Shown piece after piece: positions 10,437-20,043 of a stretch of DNA of 64,000 nucleotides. A model generated the notes under the pieces. It was not told the origin of the DNA. It worked only from the letters and a program-made list of their open reading frames with translations, and did not search any database. The first letter of the stretch is position 1. Each line of letters starts with the position of its first letter. Source of the stretch: Candidatus Thermosaccharophagus tengchongensis (GTDB lineage Bacteria > Armatimonadota > Fervidibacteria > Fervidibacterales > Thermosaccharophagaceae); NCBI GenBank assembly GCA_032161105.1, contig JAVHTD010000015.1, one strand, 5' to 3'. Position numbers and translations under genes: made by a program.

Positions 10437-11297
10437 TCAACTTGAACTCTGCAGTCTCATTTTAGCCGCCAGAACTGTATTGCGCATCAGCATGATGACG
10501 GTGAGTGGTCCGACGCCGCCGGGAACTGGCGTTATTGCTGAAGCTACTTCCTTAACGGCATCAAAGTCAACATCGCCGACTATCTTATCATCAACCCTGT
10601 TTATGCCGACATCAATGACGACAGCGCCTTCCTTAACCATCTCCGCCGTCACAAAACGAGCTCTGCCGACGGCGGCGACAAGGATGTCAGCTTGGCGAGT
10701 TATGTTCGGAAGGTCAATAGTGCGTGAGTGGCAAACAGTTACTGTAGCGTTGCGCTGGAGGAGCAGTATGGAGAGGGGCTTCCCTACGATGTTGCTCCTG
10801 CCAATTACGACAGCCCTCTTACCTTCAATCTCAATCCCGGAGCGATCAAGTATCTCAACTATGCCAGCTGGAGTGCACGGAACAAACCTGTTTCTCCCAA
10901 TGAACATCCAACCCACATTCACCGGGTGAAATCCATCCACATCCTTGTTCGGGTCAATGTGCGATATGACAACCTCGGGATCCACATGCTTTGGGAGTGG
11001 CAATTGCACTATAATGCCGTGAACTGATTCATCCTCGTTCAACTGGCGAACCGCATCAATGACCTCTTGCTCTGAGGCACTTTCAGGCAACCTCCTGACG
11101 ATTGAGCGTATTCCGAGGTCGTTGCATTTCCTCTCCTTGTTGCGCACATAAACTTCCGATGCCGGGTTCTCCCCGACGAGCACAACCGCGAGCCCGGGTG
11201 CAATGCCATGCTTGCTTTTTAACTCATCAAGCTCAGCCCTTATCTCCTGCTCAATTTGCGCAGCTATCGCTTTGCCATCGAGTATGCGTGCTGACAT
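10437..11297 (-). CDS. folD: Methylenetetrahydrofolate dehydrogenase/cyclohydrolase
   Basis: [50 protein letters not shown]. Confidence 0.97.
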   Translation of the reverse strand: MSARILDGKAIAAQIEQEIRAELDELKSKHGIAPGLAVVLVGENPASEVYVRNKERKCNDLGIRSIVRRLPESASEQEVIDAVRQLNEDESVHGIIVQLPLPKHVDPEVVISHIDPNKDVDGFHPVNVGWMFIGRNRFVPCTPAGIVEILDRSGIEIEGKRAVVIGRSNIVGKPLSILLLQRNATVTVCHSRTIDLPNITRQADILVAAVGRARFVTAEMVKEGAVVIDVGINRVDDKIVGDVDFDAVKEVASAITPVPGGVGPLTVIMLMRNTVLAAKMRLQSSS

Positions 11298-11384
11298 TAT
11301 CAATCACCTCCAAAGCCGTTGTGAAGATAAAAGCCAATCTCAATATGATGCCAGATGCAACAAAGTAGCCTTCCTCATGGAGGC

Positions 11385-12377
11385 TCAAATTGCGTATGCA
11401 ATGCTCAACAGGATTCCCATAGCGGCATGCGTTGTGATCGTCATCGGGCATGCGACTTTCATTGCCTCCATGAGCGTGCGCCGCCCACCCGCATACCACT
11501 TAACATTGAGCATCGCCAGAAGTGCTATTGGCACGGTGAGAAAGCCAATGAGCGGCATCGGTGAGCGAAGAGATAGCGAAATGAATGGGAGAACAACATA
11601 CGCAGACGCAACCAATGCGAAGTAGCCAATGGCTGCACCATTTGTGCCCAACCTGACGACCAAATTCCGTTTGCCGACGGCTTCGTCGTAAGGCACATCC
11701 GGAATTTCGTTAACCCAAAGCACGGCTGTTATGAGTGAAGCGATTGGCAATGATGCGAGGATGACTCGCCAATCCAACCTTGCGGTCTGCACAAAGTAAG
11801 CGCCGAGCACCGGTAGCACGCCAAATGACATGCCAACCGCAAATTCGCCAAGACCATTATGCGCAAGCCTTATCGGCGGCGCCGTGTAGAAGAAGGCGAA
11901 GAAAGCCCCCATGGCGCCAATGAGCAATATCGGCAATCCGACAAGGACAACAAGCCACATGCCGAGCAAGATGCCAATGAAGAACGCAACCAATCCGAAA
12001 ATCAACACAGCGATTGGCTGCACAATTCCATCCTGAATGGCGCGCCCACCGCCAGTGAGAGATACTGCCCTTGACAGCCTAATTGGATTCGCCAGCCAGT
12101 CGGTGCCGGAGAGATGGTCAAAGTAGTCATTGAGCATGTTTGCCGCTGCATGCAAGAAGAGCATGGCAAGCAGAGCCATGAGGAAGAGCGCAAGGTTGAA
12201 CTTGCCATCCAACTTCCATGCGAGTGCTGTCCCAATCAGCACTGGAGCAATGCTTGCGGTGAAGAATGGGGCGCGCATCACCTGAATTGCTCTCGTGATA
12301 GCTTCAACCATCCTTCTCGTCACCCCACTGTGGGCGTGTCGGGGTAGCAGCCATCTCCGCACATCAAATTTTAACAT
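11385..12377 (-). CDS. menA: 1,4-dihydroxy-2-naphthoate polyprenyltransferase (UbiA family)
   Basis: NxxNDYFD, YTAPPIRL...GLGE, NEIPD..YD...GKR; multiple TM helices. Confidence 0.85.
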   Translation of the reverse strand: MLKFDVRRWLLPRHAHSGVTRRMVEAITRAIQVMRAPFFTASIAPVLIGTALAWKLDGKFNLALFLMALLAMLFLHAAANMLNDYFDHLSGTDWLANPIRLSRAVSLTGGGRAIQDGIVQPIAVLIFGLVAFFIGILLGMWLVVLVGLPILLIGAMGAFFAFFYTAPPIRLAHNGLGEFAVGMSFGVLPVLGAYFVQTARLDWRVILASLPIASLITAVLWVNEIPDVPYDEAVGKRNLVVRLGTNGAAIGYFALVASAYVVLPFISLSLRSPMPLIGFLTVPIALLAMLNVKWYAGGRRTLMEAMKVACPMTITTHAAMGILLSIAYAI

Positions 12378-12542
12378 ATGCCTTGCAGCGAACCATGAGC
12401 ATCAAACCCGTCGCAAAGTGAGTAAACTTACCAATTGGGCACGGCGAAAGGGCACTGGCGCAAATCACCTTAGCAATTACAACGTGCCGGCGGCATGACG
12501 GGAGCAGCCAATACAATATCACGATGACGGAGGGGGTAAGAC

Positions 12543-13115
12543 ATGAGTCAACTGCCACATGAGTTGCGCCGCAAGCTCGTTGAGATTGCATGGAGCGCAA
12601 TCAGGTCTGCCGTCTCCGGTGAACCGATGCCGGAGCCAGAAGTCACGGAGCCGCAGCTGCTTGAGCATCGCGGCGCATTTGTGACGCTGAAGCGGCGCAG
12701 CGATGGTTCGCTCAGGGGATGCATCGGCTATCCGTATCCGATAAAGCCGCTCTGGGAAGCCGTCAGAGATGCTGCCATCTCCGCAGCCCTTCATGACCCA
12801 CGCTTTCCGCCGGTGACAAAGAGGGAGCTTGACGAACTGACGCTTGAGGTCTCCGCCCTCTCACCAATGGAAGAGGTCAGGGACATCTCGGAGATACAGG
12901 TTGGGCGTGATGGATTGGTTGTGCGCAAGGGGGCATTCTCGGGCTTGCTGCTGCCGCAGGTGGCTGTTGAATATGGATGGGATAGGGATGAGTTCCTAAG
13001 CCACACTTGCATCAAAGCCGGCTTGCCACCGGATGCGTGGAGGAAGGGCGACATTGAAATACTGCGCTTCACCGCGGAGGTGTTTGGGGATGAAGAGCTG
13101 AAGCCCCAGGAGTGA
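12543..13115 (+). CDS. amrA: AMMECR1-domain protein (AmmeMemoRadiSam system protein A)
   Basis: GAFVTL, LRGCIG, DPRF, GLLLPQV..E..W, C.KAG; RBS GGAGGGGG. Confidence 0.93.
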   Translation: MSQLPHELRRKLVEIAWSAIRSAVSGEPMPEPEVTEPQLLEHRGAFVTLKRRSDGSLRGCIGYPYPIKPLWEAVRDAAISAALHDPRFPPVTKRELDELTLEVSALSPMEEVRDISEIQVGRDGLVVRKGAFSGLLLPQVAVEYGWDRDEFLSHTCIKAGLPPDAWRKGDIEILRFTAEVFGDEELKPQE

Positions 13116-13122
13116 TGCATGC

Positions 13123-14385
13123 GTGAAGCTGCCCAAAATGCGCATGCTGACATTACAACCACCGGATGCAAGTGACTGGATGGCGGTTGTGATGCGCAGC
13201 CTGTTGCTCATCATGCTTGCATCGCTGATCATAAGGGGGTGGGTGGAAACCGGCGATAGGAGCGAACTTGTAACATCCGCACTGCTTCTTGCATGGCTGC
13301 TCAATGCTGTAGCTGTATTCGCCCATTGGCGTGGGGCATCATTTCGCATGCCATCCCTTGTCGTTGATGTGCTTTGGATGTGGCTCTGGATGGCGGCGGT
13401 GGATGGGCAAGCGATTTACTTCATACCGATGCTTGTGCTCGTCATCATCGTTTCCGGGATGTGGTATCGCCTCGTTGGAGCTTTTACAACGGCGAGCTTA
13501 TGTAGCGCATTTTGGCTCTCCATCCAATACGGGAGTGGCTCAAGCGCGCAACAATGGATCACGATGACTTCGCTCTCCTTCTTCTTCCTTGCTGCATTGC
13601 TTTCCGGTTACATGGCTGAGGCGAGGCTGTATGCGGAACACATGCTCACAAGATACCGCCAAGAGATGTTCGCATCGCGCTACTTGCATGAGCTCATGAC
13701 GCCGAGGCAACCGCCAAAGGTGAGCGGTTGGCAATTGGCACGCATATTGAGACCGGCAAGGTTGGTTGTGGGCGGTGACTTTCACGACTTCATTCGGCTC
13801 GGTGAGGAGAGCTATGCGATACTCCTCGGGGATGTATCCGGCAAGGGCGTTGATGCCCAAGTGAGAGTTCCATCGGTCAAGTCAGCGATCAAGCTCGGTT
13901 TGAGGGGCAACCCGGCAAAGAGCCTCAGCGATGCGCTCAGCCTCGCTAACAGCATGCTTGTTGAGGACCTTTCGGAGGCATTTGCGACGGCGGTGATTTT
14001 GCGCATAACGCAAAATGATGGCTGTGTGAGCGTGGCTAATGCCGGACACACACCAGTGCTGCTCTTGCGTTCTGATGGGGCTGTTGAGCATTTGAAAGCC
14101 TCAGGACCACCACTTGGCGCATCGGAAGATGTGAGCTACTCCGATGAGCAAGTTCATCTCCACAAGGGCGATGCACTCGTCATATTCACCGATGGCGTTA
14201 TTGAAGCGAGAAACAAAGGCGGCGAGCCATATGGAATTGAGCGCCTTGAAGCGCTGCTTCATCGGCTCAAGGGTATGGATGCCCAGAAAATCGCCTCGCG
14301 CATACTTGAGGAAGTGCTTGGCTTCGGCACACGCACAATGGATGACGACATTACGATCATCGTTGCGAAGTATGTTCCGGAATGA
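13123..14385 (+). CDS. Membrane-bound PP2C-type (SpoIIE/RsbU-like) protein serine/threonine phosphatase
   Basis: About 6 N-terminal TM helices, then GGDFHD, GDVSGKG, NAGH, FTDG, DDIT motifs. Confidence 0.9.
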   Translation: MKLPKMRMLTLQPPDASDWMAVVMRSLLLIMLASLIIRGWVETGDRSELVTSALLLAWLLNAVAVFAHWRGASFRMPSLVVDVLWMWLWMAAVDGQAIYFIPMLVLVIIVSGMWYRLVGAFTTASLCSAFWLSIQYGSGSSAQQWITMTSLSFFFLAALLSGYMAEARLYAEHMLTRYRQEMFASRYLHELMTPRQPPKVSGWQLARILRPARLVVGGDFHDFIRLGEESYAILLGDVSGKGVDAQVRVPSVKSAIKLGLRGNPAKSLSDALSLANSMLVEDLSEAFATAVILRITQNDGCVSVANAGHTPVLLLRSDGAVEHLKASGPPLGASEDVSYSDEQVHLHKGDALVIFTDGVIEARNKGGEPYGIERLEALLHRLKGMDAQKIASRILEEVLGFGTRTMDDDITIIVAKYVPE

Positions 14386-14420
14386 ATCCGGCAGCGCAAA
14401 AACGGTGGTGAGTCAAAGGG

Positions 14421-15236
14421 GTGGATGCAAAGGGCGCAGCAGGCGCACTCATTACACTCGTGTTTTATGCCGCCATCAAGCTCATTTTGCCGGTGCTCCC
14501 GATAAAGCCAACCATCATTGCCATCTACTTTTCAATGCTCCTTCTCACCGGGGTGGCATTTTCACTTGCAAGGGCGATAGCAGTGATGCGCCACAACCCC
14601 AGCTTGAGTGCCATCGCAATGGCGCTCTGCTTCTCGCTGTGGATGGTCGGTTACTGGCTCGGCGAAACCCACATCGGAAAGCGCCTTTCCGAACTTTCAA
14701 CAGTCACTCAAGAGGTTGGACTGCTTTGCTTTGCTTCCTTTGCCGGTAAAGCCGCATCGCTCATAATCCGAGAGGGCAATCTAATTCTTCCGGCTGCGAT
14801 TGCTATGGCACTCGTTGATGTGTGGTGTGTGAATCTGGGAGGCACTACGCCGCGAGCCGCTGCGAGGGTTGAAAAGCTCTTTAAGGCGATGACGGTGGAA
14901 CTCCCACCAGTGGGCGCAAATAGGATGCCCGTGCCAGTGCCCCTCATGGGCTTTGGCGACATATTCTTTGCCGCATTCATCATCGCAGCATTGCATCGCT
15001 TCGGATTTGAGCTCAGGCTCTCATTTTGGATCGCCGTTCTCGCCACCGCATTCGGGTTAACTCTCGTCTCACTGCTTGACATACCATTGGCTGGCTTACC
15101 GTTCATCGTTCTCGGGTTGCTCCTGCCAAACATTCGCAGGATGAAATTGACGCGCCAAGAGTGGGTTGCATCGGCGGTTGGCATTGGCGCACTTACGATC
15201 ATCCTGATCGCAATCTGGCTCGTGCTCAAACGCTAA
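14421..15236 (+). CDS. 9-TM membrane protein, putative presenilin/SPP-like GxGD intramembrane aspartyl protease
   Basis: LVD133 within a TM helix, LMGFGD180 at the start of the next TM, PLAGLPF (PAL-equivalent) downstream. Confidence 0.65.
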   Translation: MDAKGAAGALITLVFYAAIKLILPVLPIKPTIIAIYFSMLLLTGVAFSLARAIAVMRHNPSLSAIAMALCFSLWMVGYWLGETHIGKRLSELSTVTQEVGLLCFASFAGKAASLIIREGNLILPAAIAMALVDVWCVNLGGTTPRAAARVEKLFKAMTVELPPVGANRMPVPVPLMGFGDIFFAAFIIAALHRFGFELRLSFWIAVLATAFGLTLVSLLDIPLAGLPFIVLGLLLPNIRRMKLTRQEWVASAVGIGALTIILIAIWLVLKR

Positions 15237-15285
15237 TCCGAGGCAACGGCGGGATGTGCATGCCGCTCCATTTGAGGGCATGCTT

Positions 15286-16590
15286 TTATGCCTCATAGCT
15301 TACGGGTAGCAGGTTGCCATCCTCGTCAAACGAGAGCATCTCCGGCACGCCAACCACATTGAGCCTCTTGTTTGAGAGAGCCTCCTCAAGGAGAGCCTCG
15401 GAGATGTAAAAGCAATGCAATGTGAGGGTGTCTCTGATTCGCACGATGCGCAGCTCCCTTTCACTACGCCGCCTTATCCCCATCAGCGGATACATGATGG
15501 CAGCATAGTCATTTGGCAATACGGGCGGCAGGCGCATCCTGTCAATGAAGCCGCTCGTCATGGTGTTTATCCGAGTTGAGTGCCAATCAATCTTGTCAAA
15601 CAGCCGTTTCGTTATAGCCGTGCACAGCCCGATGCCGGCTGCGTTCCCATGAGAGGCTTCAGTGAGGTCAAGCGTGACGACAGCCCTCACATATGGCTTT
15701 TTCGGTTCCGGCTGACCGGCGATAACCATCCTTCCGATGATGAATGTGTCCATCCCGGTTCCCATGATGTCCTTTCCCATACGCTCAACGATCAGGACAT
15801 CAATGTCATCAAATGGCAACCTCGGGCGGATGCGGTTCCAAAAGGACAGAAGGCGCCGCTCAACCGAAACGACTTCGTTCGGTGGCACGGGAATAATGTG
15901 CGCAAGTTCATGATAGCCGTTCTCAATGAGCGCGATGCAGCCGATGATGGGCAGCTTTTCCAAAAGCGCCTCTGCGAACTTCGGAATAAGCCTGACCATG
16001 CTGCGCACGCCATCACTGTGTATTACCTCAGCACCTGCCTTCTTGCCCATTCCAACCGATATCATCTTCATCAAGCCGCTGCCAACGCCGCGATAAATGT
16101 CCGGGTGGTGTTTAATTCGGTTGACGACTATAATGCCATCTGCGCTTGCAGCATGCTTATCAACGAAGACGGGCTCCCCATCAGCAGTCGTCACATGCTC
16201 AACATCCATTGTCGCAAGTATTGGCGCTTCAACGCTGCTCTCCGTTATGCCCAACGAGGCAAGAACTTCAACTTGCCCATTAGCAGTTGCGCCGCCGTGG
16301 CTCCCCATTGCCGGGAAGATGAAGGGCTCGCCGCCAGACTCACGAACAAATCTCACGATGGCTTTTAAAACATCGCCTATTGAAGCAATCCCACGGCTTC
16401 CAGCTGTTATGGCGATGCGCTTCCCTTTGACTACCTTGGCAATGCCCAATGAGGCGAGCGCTTCAAATGTCCGTTTGGTCACATCACCAATGCGCTTTCC
16501 GTAAAGTCTCTGAGTGACTTTAAACATACGCACAGATGAAACATCAACCATGAGGCTCACCTGAGGTAGATAAGGGTGCACAATTTGCAT
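15286..16590 (-). CDS. LarA/lactate-racemase-superfamily protein (DUF2088-like)
   Basis: IAITAGSRGI, PAMGSHGGAT, NRIKHH, SGLMKM..VGMGK, GKDI.G.GMD, SHGNA.GIG. Confidence 0.8.
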   Translation of the reverse strand: MQIVHPYLPQVSLMVDVSSVRMFKVTQRLYGKRIGDVTKRTFEALASLGIAKVVKGKRIAITAGSRGIASIGDVLKAIVRFVRESGGEPFIFPAMGSHGGATANGQVEVLASLGITESSVEAPILATMDVEHVTTADGEPVFVDKHAASADGIIVVNRIKHHPDIYRGVGSGLMKMISVGMGKKAGAEVIHSDGVRSMVRLIPKFAEALLEKLPIIGCIALIENGYHELAHIIPVPPNEVVSVERRLLSFWNRIRPRLPFDDIDVLIVERMGKDIMGTGMDTFIIGRMVIAGQPEPKKPYVRAVVTLDLTEASHGNAAGIGLCTAITKRLFDKIDWHSTRINTMTSGFIDRMRLPPVLPNDYAAIMYPLMGIRRRSERELRIVRIRDTLTLHCFYISEALLEEALSNKRLNVVGVPEMLSFDEDGNLLPVSYEA

Positions 16591-16605
16591 CTCCGAAGAC
16601 GGCAA

Positions 16606-18459
16606 CTAATGCACCATGACCGAAATGAGGTTAATCCCGGGCTTGATTTCAAGCTCCTCCTTAAACTGCCCACTCCCAATCTCCCTGCCGTTGATGTTGA
16701 GCTTCACCCCGGGCGCAACTGCGCCAACTACGGTTATCTTGCGCTCAATATCCCTGTCCAAGAACCTCGTCATCATTGTCGCAGCTTCGGCGCGAGAGAT
16801 CGGGCGTTGCGGCTTAAACTGCTTACCCGGGTAACCGAGTATCAAACTCCCGGACGACTTTGGAGCCTCAGTTGCAGCAACTACAACATAACCCCTCGCC
16901 CACTTCGGTATGGATTCATCGTCCTCAAACGGAGTTGGAACATCCTTTGCCTCCTTTGCGCTTTCCTCAAGCCCGAGAGCCCTAACGACCAGTGCTGCAG
17001 CTTCCGCACGCGTCAATTCTCGCTTCGGCTTAAAGGTGCCATCCGGGTAACCGTAAACGAACTTTCTCGCCTGAGCCTCGGCAACATACCCCGAGAACCA
17101 ATCGGCGGGATGAACATCGGTGAATGTTGGTATGCCCGAAACCTTGCGATGGACTGCCGGGAGTGCCCTCACCGCAGTTGAGAGCGTGACATGTTGACCG
17201 CCACCGGTTGTGGCTGTAACTTGAACCTCATACTGCCCGGGTTCAACCCATGTGCCATCATCGGCACGCCCATCCCACGAAACGATGTATTGCATCGGCT
17301 TACACTGCTCACCACGCACAAGATGAGCAATGCGCTTTCCCTTCTGGTTAACCACAACAACATCAACCTTCGCTTCAGCTGAGAGCACATATCCGATGCG
17401 AACGCTGTCCATTTGCTCCTTCAAGTCGGTCGTGAGCACGAGCATCTTTACCGCTTCAGCCCTTGACACCGATTTATCCGGTCGGAATGTGTGATCCGGG
17501 TAGCCGTGAACTATGCCAAGTCCATGAAGCCTATCCACAGCCCTTTGATACTCCTCATGCCTGACATCAAGCAATGGCAGACCGATCGGTCGTCTGACAA
17601 CGAAGGCTTCTGGAAATGCAAATACTGCCGAGAGCGCAGCTGAGACAACTTCAATCTCTGCGGGCTGACTTGCGACCTTAGCTGGCGCCCCCTCATGTTC
17701 AACTACGGCTACAAAGCCCAAACGCTCCTTCACTGCCAACTCCTGCGCAAGGACGACCGCAAATGAGAGCTTGCTCTCCTCCCCCGGCTTAAGCTCTCCC
17801 AGCTGCCAAGTCAGCTTCCTTAAATCGGCGTCGTAATCGCATTTTGGCTTTGGAGAATCAACCACGAGTTCAACCCTCTGCGGTAGCTGCACTGAGACTT
17901 TAACGCTTTGTGCTGCAGCATCGCCAACATTGCTTACAGCCACTCTAAACCAAACTTCAGCGCCAGCCATCGCGGTTGGTGTGTCCGGGACGATGACGAC
18001 CGATAACTTTGCCTCAGCCCCCTCAACCCTCCCCTCACCGACCTCCGGAGGCTTCAATTCGGGCAATGCTATTGGCGGCTGCTCAACAACTGGCTGTTTC
18101 TCCCCTGCGGCTTCGCCTGCAGCAGCTTCCGCCTTTGGTGCCTCCTTTGGTGATGGCTTCGCTTCAACTTTTATCGGCACTTCGTGCTTCACATCACCAA
18201 CCCAAATGCGAAGGACTGTCTCGCCAGCCCTTGCACCATAAATTGAGATTCGCTCCCCGGAAAGCAAAAGCAACGATGCCACCCTCTGGTCTTCAACAAG
18301 CGCCTTGCTCAACCCTTTCACAGCCATCTCAAACGAAGCGCCAACATCAAGCCTTATTTGGCTCGGCAGCTCATCACCGATGCAATCCATGCACATGGCA
18401 ATAACCAACGCCACGGGGAGCATCCATATGAAACGCAGGCGCAATTTGCAGATGCTCAT
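16606..18459 (-). CDS. Surface protein with SLH domains, DUF11-like and FlgD-Ig-like domains
   Basis: Three SLH repeats (GYPDHTFRPD..VSRAE, GYPDGTFKP..LTRAE, GYP..QFKP..ISRAE); WDGRADDG..VEPGQY; VSNVG..AA..V...LTWQLGEL.PGE; signal peptide. Confidence 0.8.
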   Translation of the reverse strand: MSICKLRLRFIWMLPVALVIAMCMDCIGDELPSQIRLDVGASFEMAVKGLSKALVEDQRVASLLLLSGERISIYGARAGETVLRIWVGDVKHEVPIKVEAKPSPKEAPKAEAAAGEAAGEKQPVVEQPPIALPELKPPEVGEGRVEGAEAKLSVVIVPDTPTAMAGAEVWFRVAVSNVGDAAAQSVKVSVQLPQRVELVVDSPKPKCDYDADLRKLTWQLGELKPGEESKLSFAVVLAQELAVKERLGFVAVVEHEGAPAKVASQPAEIEVVSAALSAVFAFPEAFVVRRPIGLPLLDVRHEEYQRAVDRLHGLGIVHGYPDHTFRPDKSVSRAEAVKMLVLTTDLKEQMDSVRIGYVLSAEAKVDVVVVNQKGKRIAHLVRGEQCKPMQYIVSWDGRADDGTWVEPGQYEVQVTATTGGGQHVTLSTAVRALPAVHRKVSGIPTFTDVHPADWFSGYVAEAQARKFVYGYPDGTFKPKRELTRAEAAALVVRALGLEESAKEAKDVPTPFEDDESIPKWARGYVVVAATEAPKSSGSLILGYPGKQFKPQRPISRAEAATMMTRFLDRDIERKITVVGAVAPGVKLNINGREIGSGQFKEELEIKPGINLISVMVH

Positions 18460-18584
18460 ATCACAAATCCCCTCCCCGCAATTGGGTGACACCACCGTGC
18501 TCCTTATCCATCGCCTTTGGAAAGCCAATCACAAACTATGCCACGCCGAATTCGCATGTCAATGACGCGCACTTCCCTGTGCCA

Positions 18585-20009
18585 TCACATGGGCAACATG
18601 AGGACCATCGCAGCGCACTTCAAATAGCGCCTTGCGGCTGCGAGCACATCAAGCGGTGTCACTTGAGCTATGGATGACTTCAACTTCAAAAGTCCAGATG
18701 CGCCGATATTGTGAACTTCAAGCCGAGAAAGCGTTGCGCTCAACTCCCTCACATTCCCCATCTTGAGTTTCAGCTCCAATATCGCTTGTCCTTTTGCGCG
18801 CTCCAATTCATCCTCACTGATACCGCTATCACGCAAGTTCAAGAGCACCTCTTCAATCGCCCGCCGACACGCTTCAACTTTGTCCCTTTCGGTGGCAATG
18901 TGAATGATCAACTCGCCAAAGCTCATGTTGGGCTCATACCATGAACGAACATAATAAGCCATTGCCCGCTCTTCCCTAAGCACCCTATAAAGCCTACCGC
19001 CATAGCCACCAATGATGTTTGAGAGCAAAAACAGGCTTGGGGCATCTGCGGCACTAATTGGCGGTGCCGAGAATGCCACAAACAGTTGCGCCAGCTTGCC
19101 GTAGAACTGGCGGACAAGATGCTGCGGCTCCTCGGGCAACTTAATCCTTGGTTGCTCAACCAATGGCGCAATGCCTTTTGGGAGTGAGATGAACGCAGCG
19201 ACCAATTCCCTCCTGACAATGTCCGACTTCACATCGCCAACTACGCATATAGCTAAATTCCACGACCTGAAGTAGGCATCAAAGAAGTCAATCAAGTGTT
19301 CCCTCGCTATGTGCTTCACAGTTCGCTCATAGCCGCAACTCGGGCGTGCATACGGTGTGCCCTTAAACAGCATCTCCCTTAGGGATTGCCGTGCGGCGAG
19401 CAGCGGAGTGGTGGCAAATTGCAGCTGCGCATTCAATGCCTTCTCCCTTGCGGCTTCAACAGCTTTGGAATCAAGCGCCGGTCTCATGAGCACATCGGAC
19501 AGCAATTGCAGCGCCGTGTCACGATGCTGCGGCAAGCATTCGGCGCTGAAGATTATGCAGTCAGGCTCAATAGCGCAATCCAGCTCAACCCCGGCTCTTG
19601 CCAATGAGTGTAATAACTCCTCGCCACTTTGCAGCCTTGTGCCGCTTAACAACGCATGCGCAAGCATGAAGCGCACGCCGGGCGCGTGCACACCGAGTTC
19701 GTGTTCGGCACCGAGCTTCACCGCCGCGCTTATACCCACCGTCACAGCGTGCGGCATACGCACAATGGCGCACCGAAGACCGTTTGCGAGCCTAAAGCGC
19801 TCTATGCTGCCCTCATCAAGCTGCTGTGCGGGGAGAGAAGCCCACCATGAAAGCAGCAAACAAAGATGCACCGCAATGAAATACCTGAGCCAACCGATAT
19901 GGATGGTGCATTGGCTCGTTGGCGATCTTCCGCGCCGGCGCATTTTCGCCTCCAACTCCAAAGCGGGCTTTGCTTGACCTCCGGCATAGCTGAATGTAAA
20001 CTCAGCCAT
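18585..20009 (-). CDS. M16 family peptidase-like protein, probably non-catalytic
   Basis: LANGL start, RLYRVLRE..AMAY, EDELERAK, VTPLDV..AARRYL; HxxEH replaced by FMLAH. Confidence 0.8.
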   Translation of the reverse strand: MAEFTFSYAGGQAKPALELEAKMRRRGRSPTSQCTIHIGWLRYFIAVHLCLLLSWWASLPAQQLDEGSIERFRLANGLRCAIVRMPHAVTVGISAAVKLGAEHELGVHAPGVRFMLAHALLSGTRLQSGEELLHSLARAGVELDCAIEPDCIIFSAECLPQHRDTALQLLSDVLMRPALDSKAVEAAREKALNAQLQFATTPLLAARQSLREMLFKGTPYARPSCGYERTVKHIAREHLIDFFDAYFRSWNLAICVVGDVKSDIVRRELVAAFISLPKGIAPLVEQPRIKLPEEPQHLVRQFYGKLAQLFVAFSAPPISAADAPSLFLLSNIIGGYGGRLYRVLREERAMAYYVRSWYEPNMSFGELIIHIATERDKVEACRRAIEEVLLNLRDSGISEDELERAKGQAILELKLKMGNVRELSATLSRLEVHNIGASGLLKLKSSIAQVTPLDVLAAARRYLKCAAMVLMLPM

Positions 20010-20043
20010 GCCTGTTCATGCGAAGCTTTCCCTTATGGCTCTG

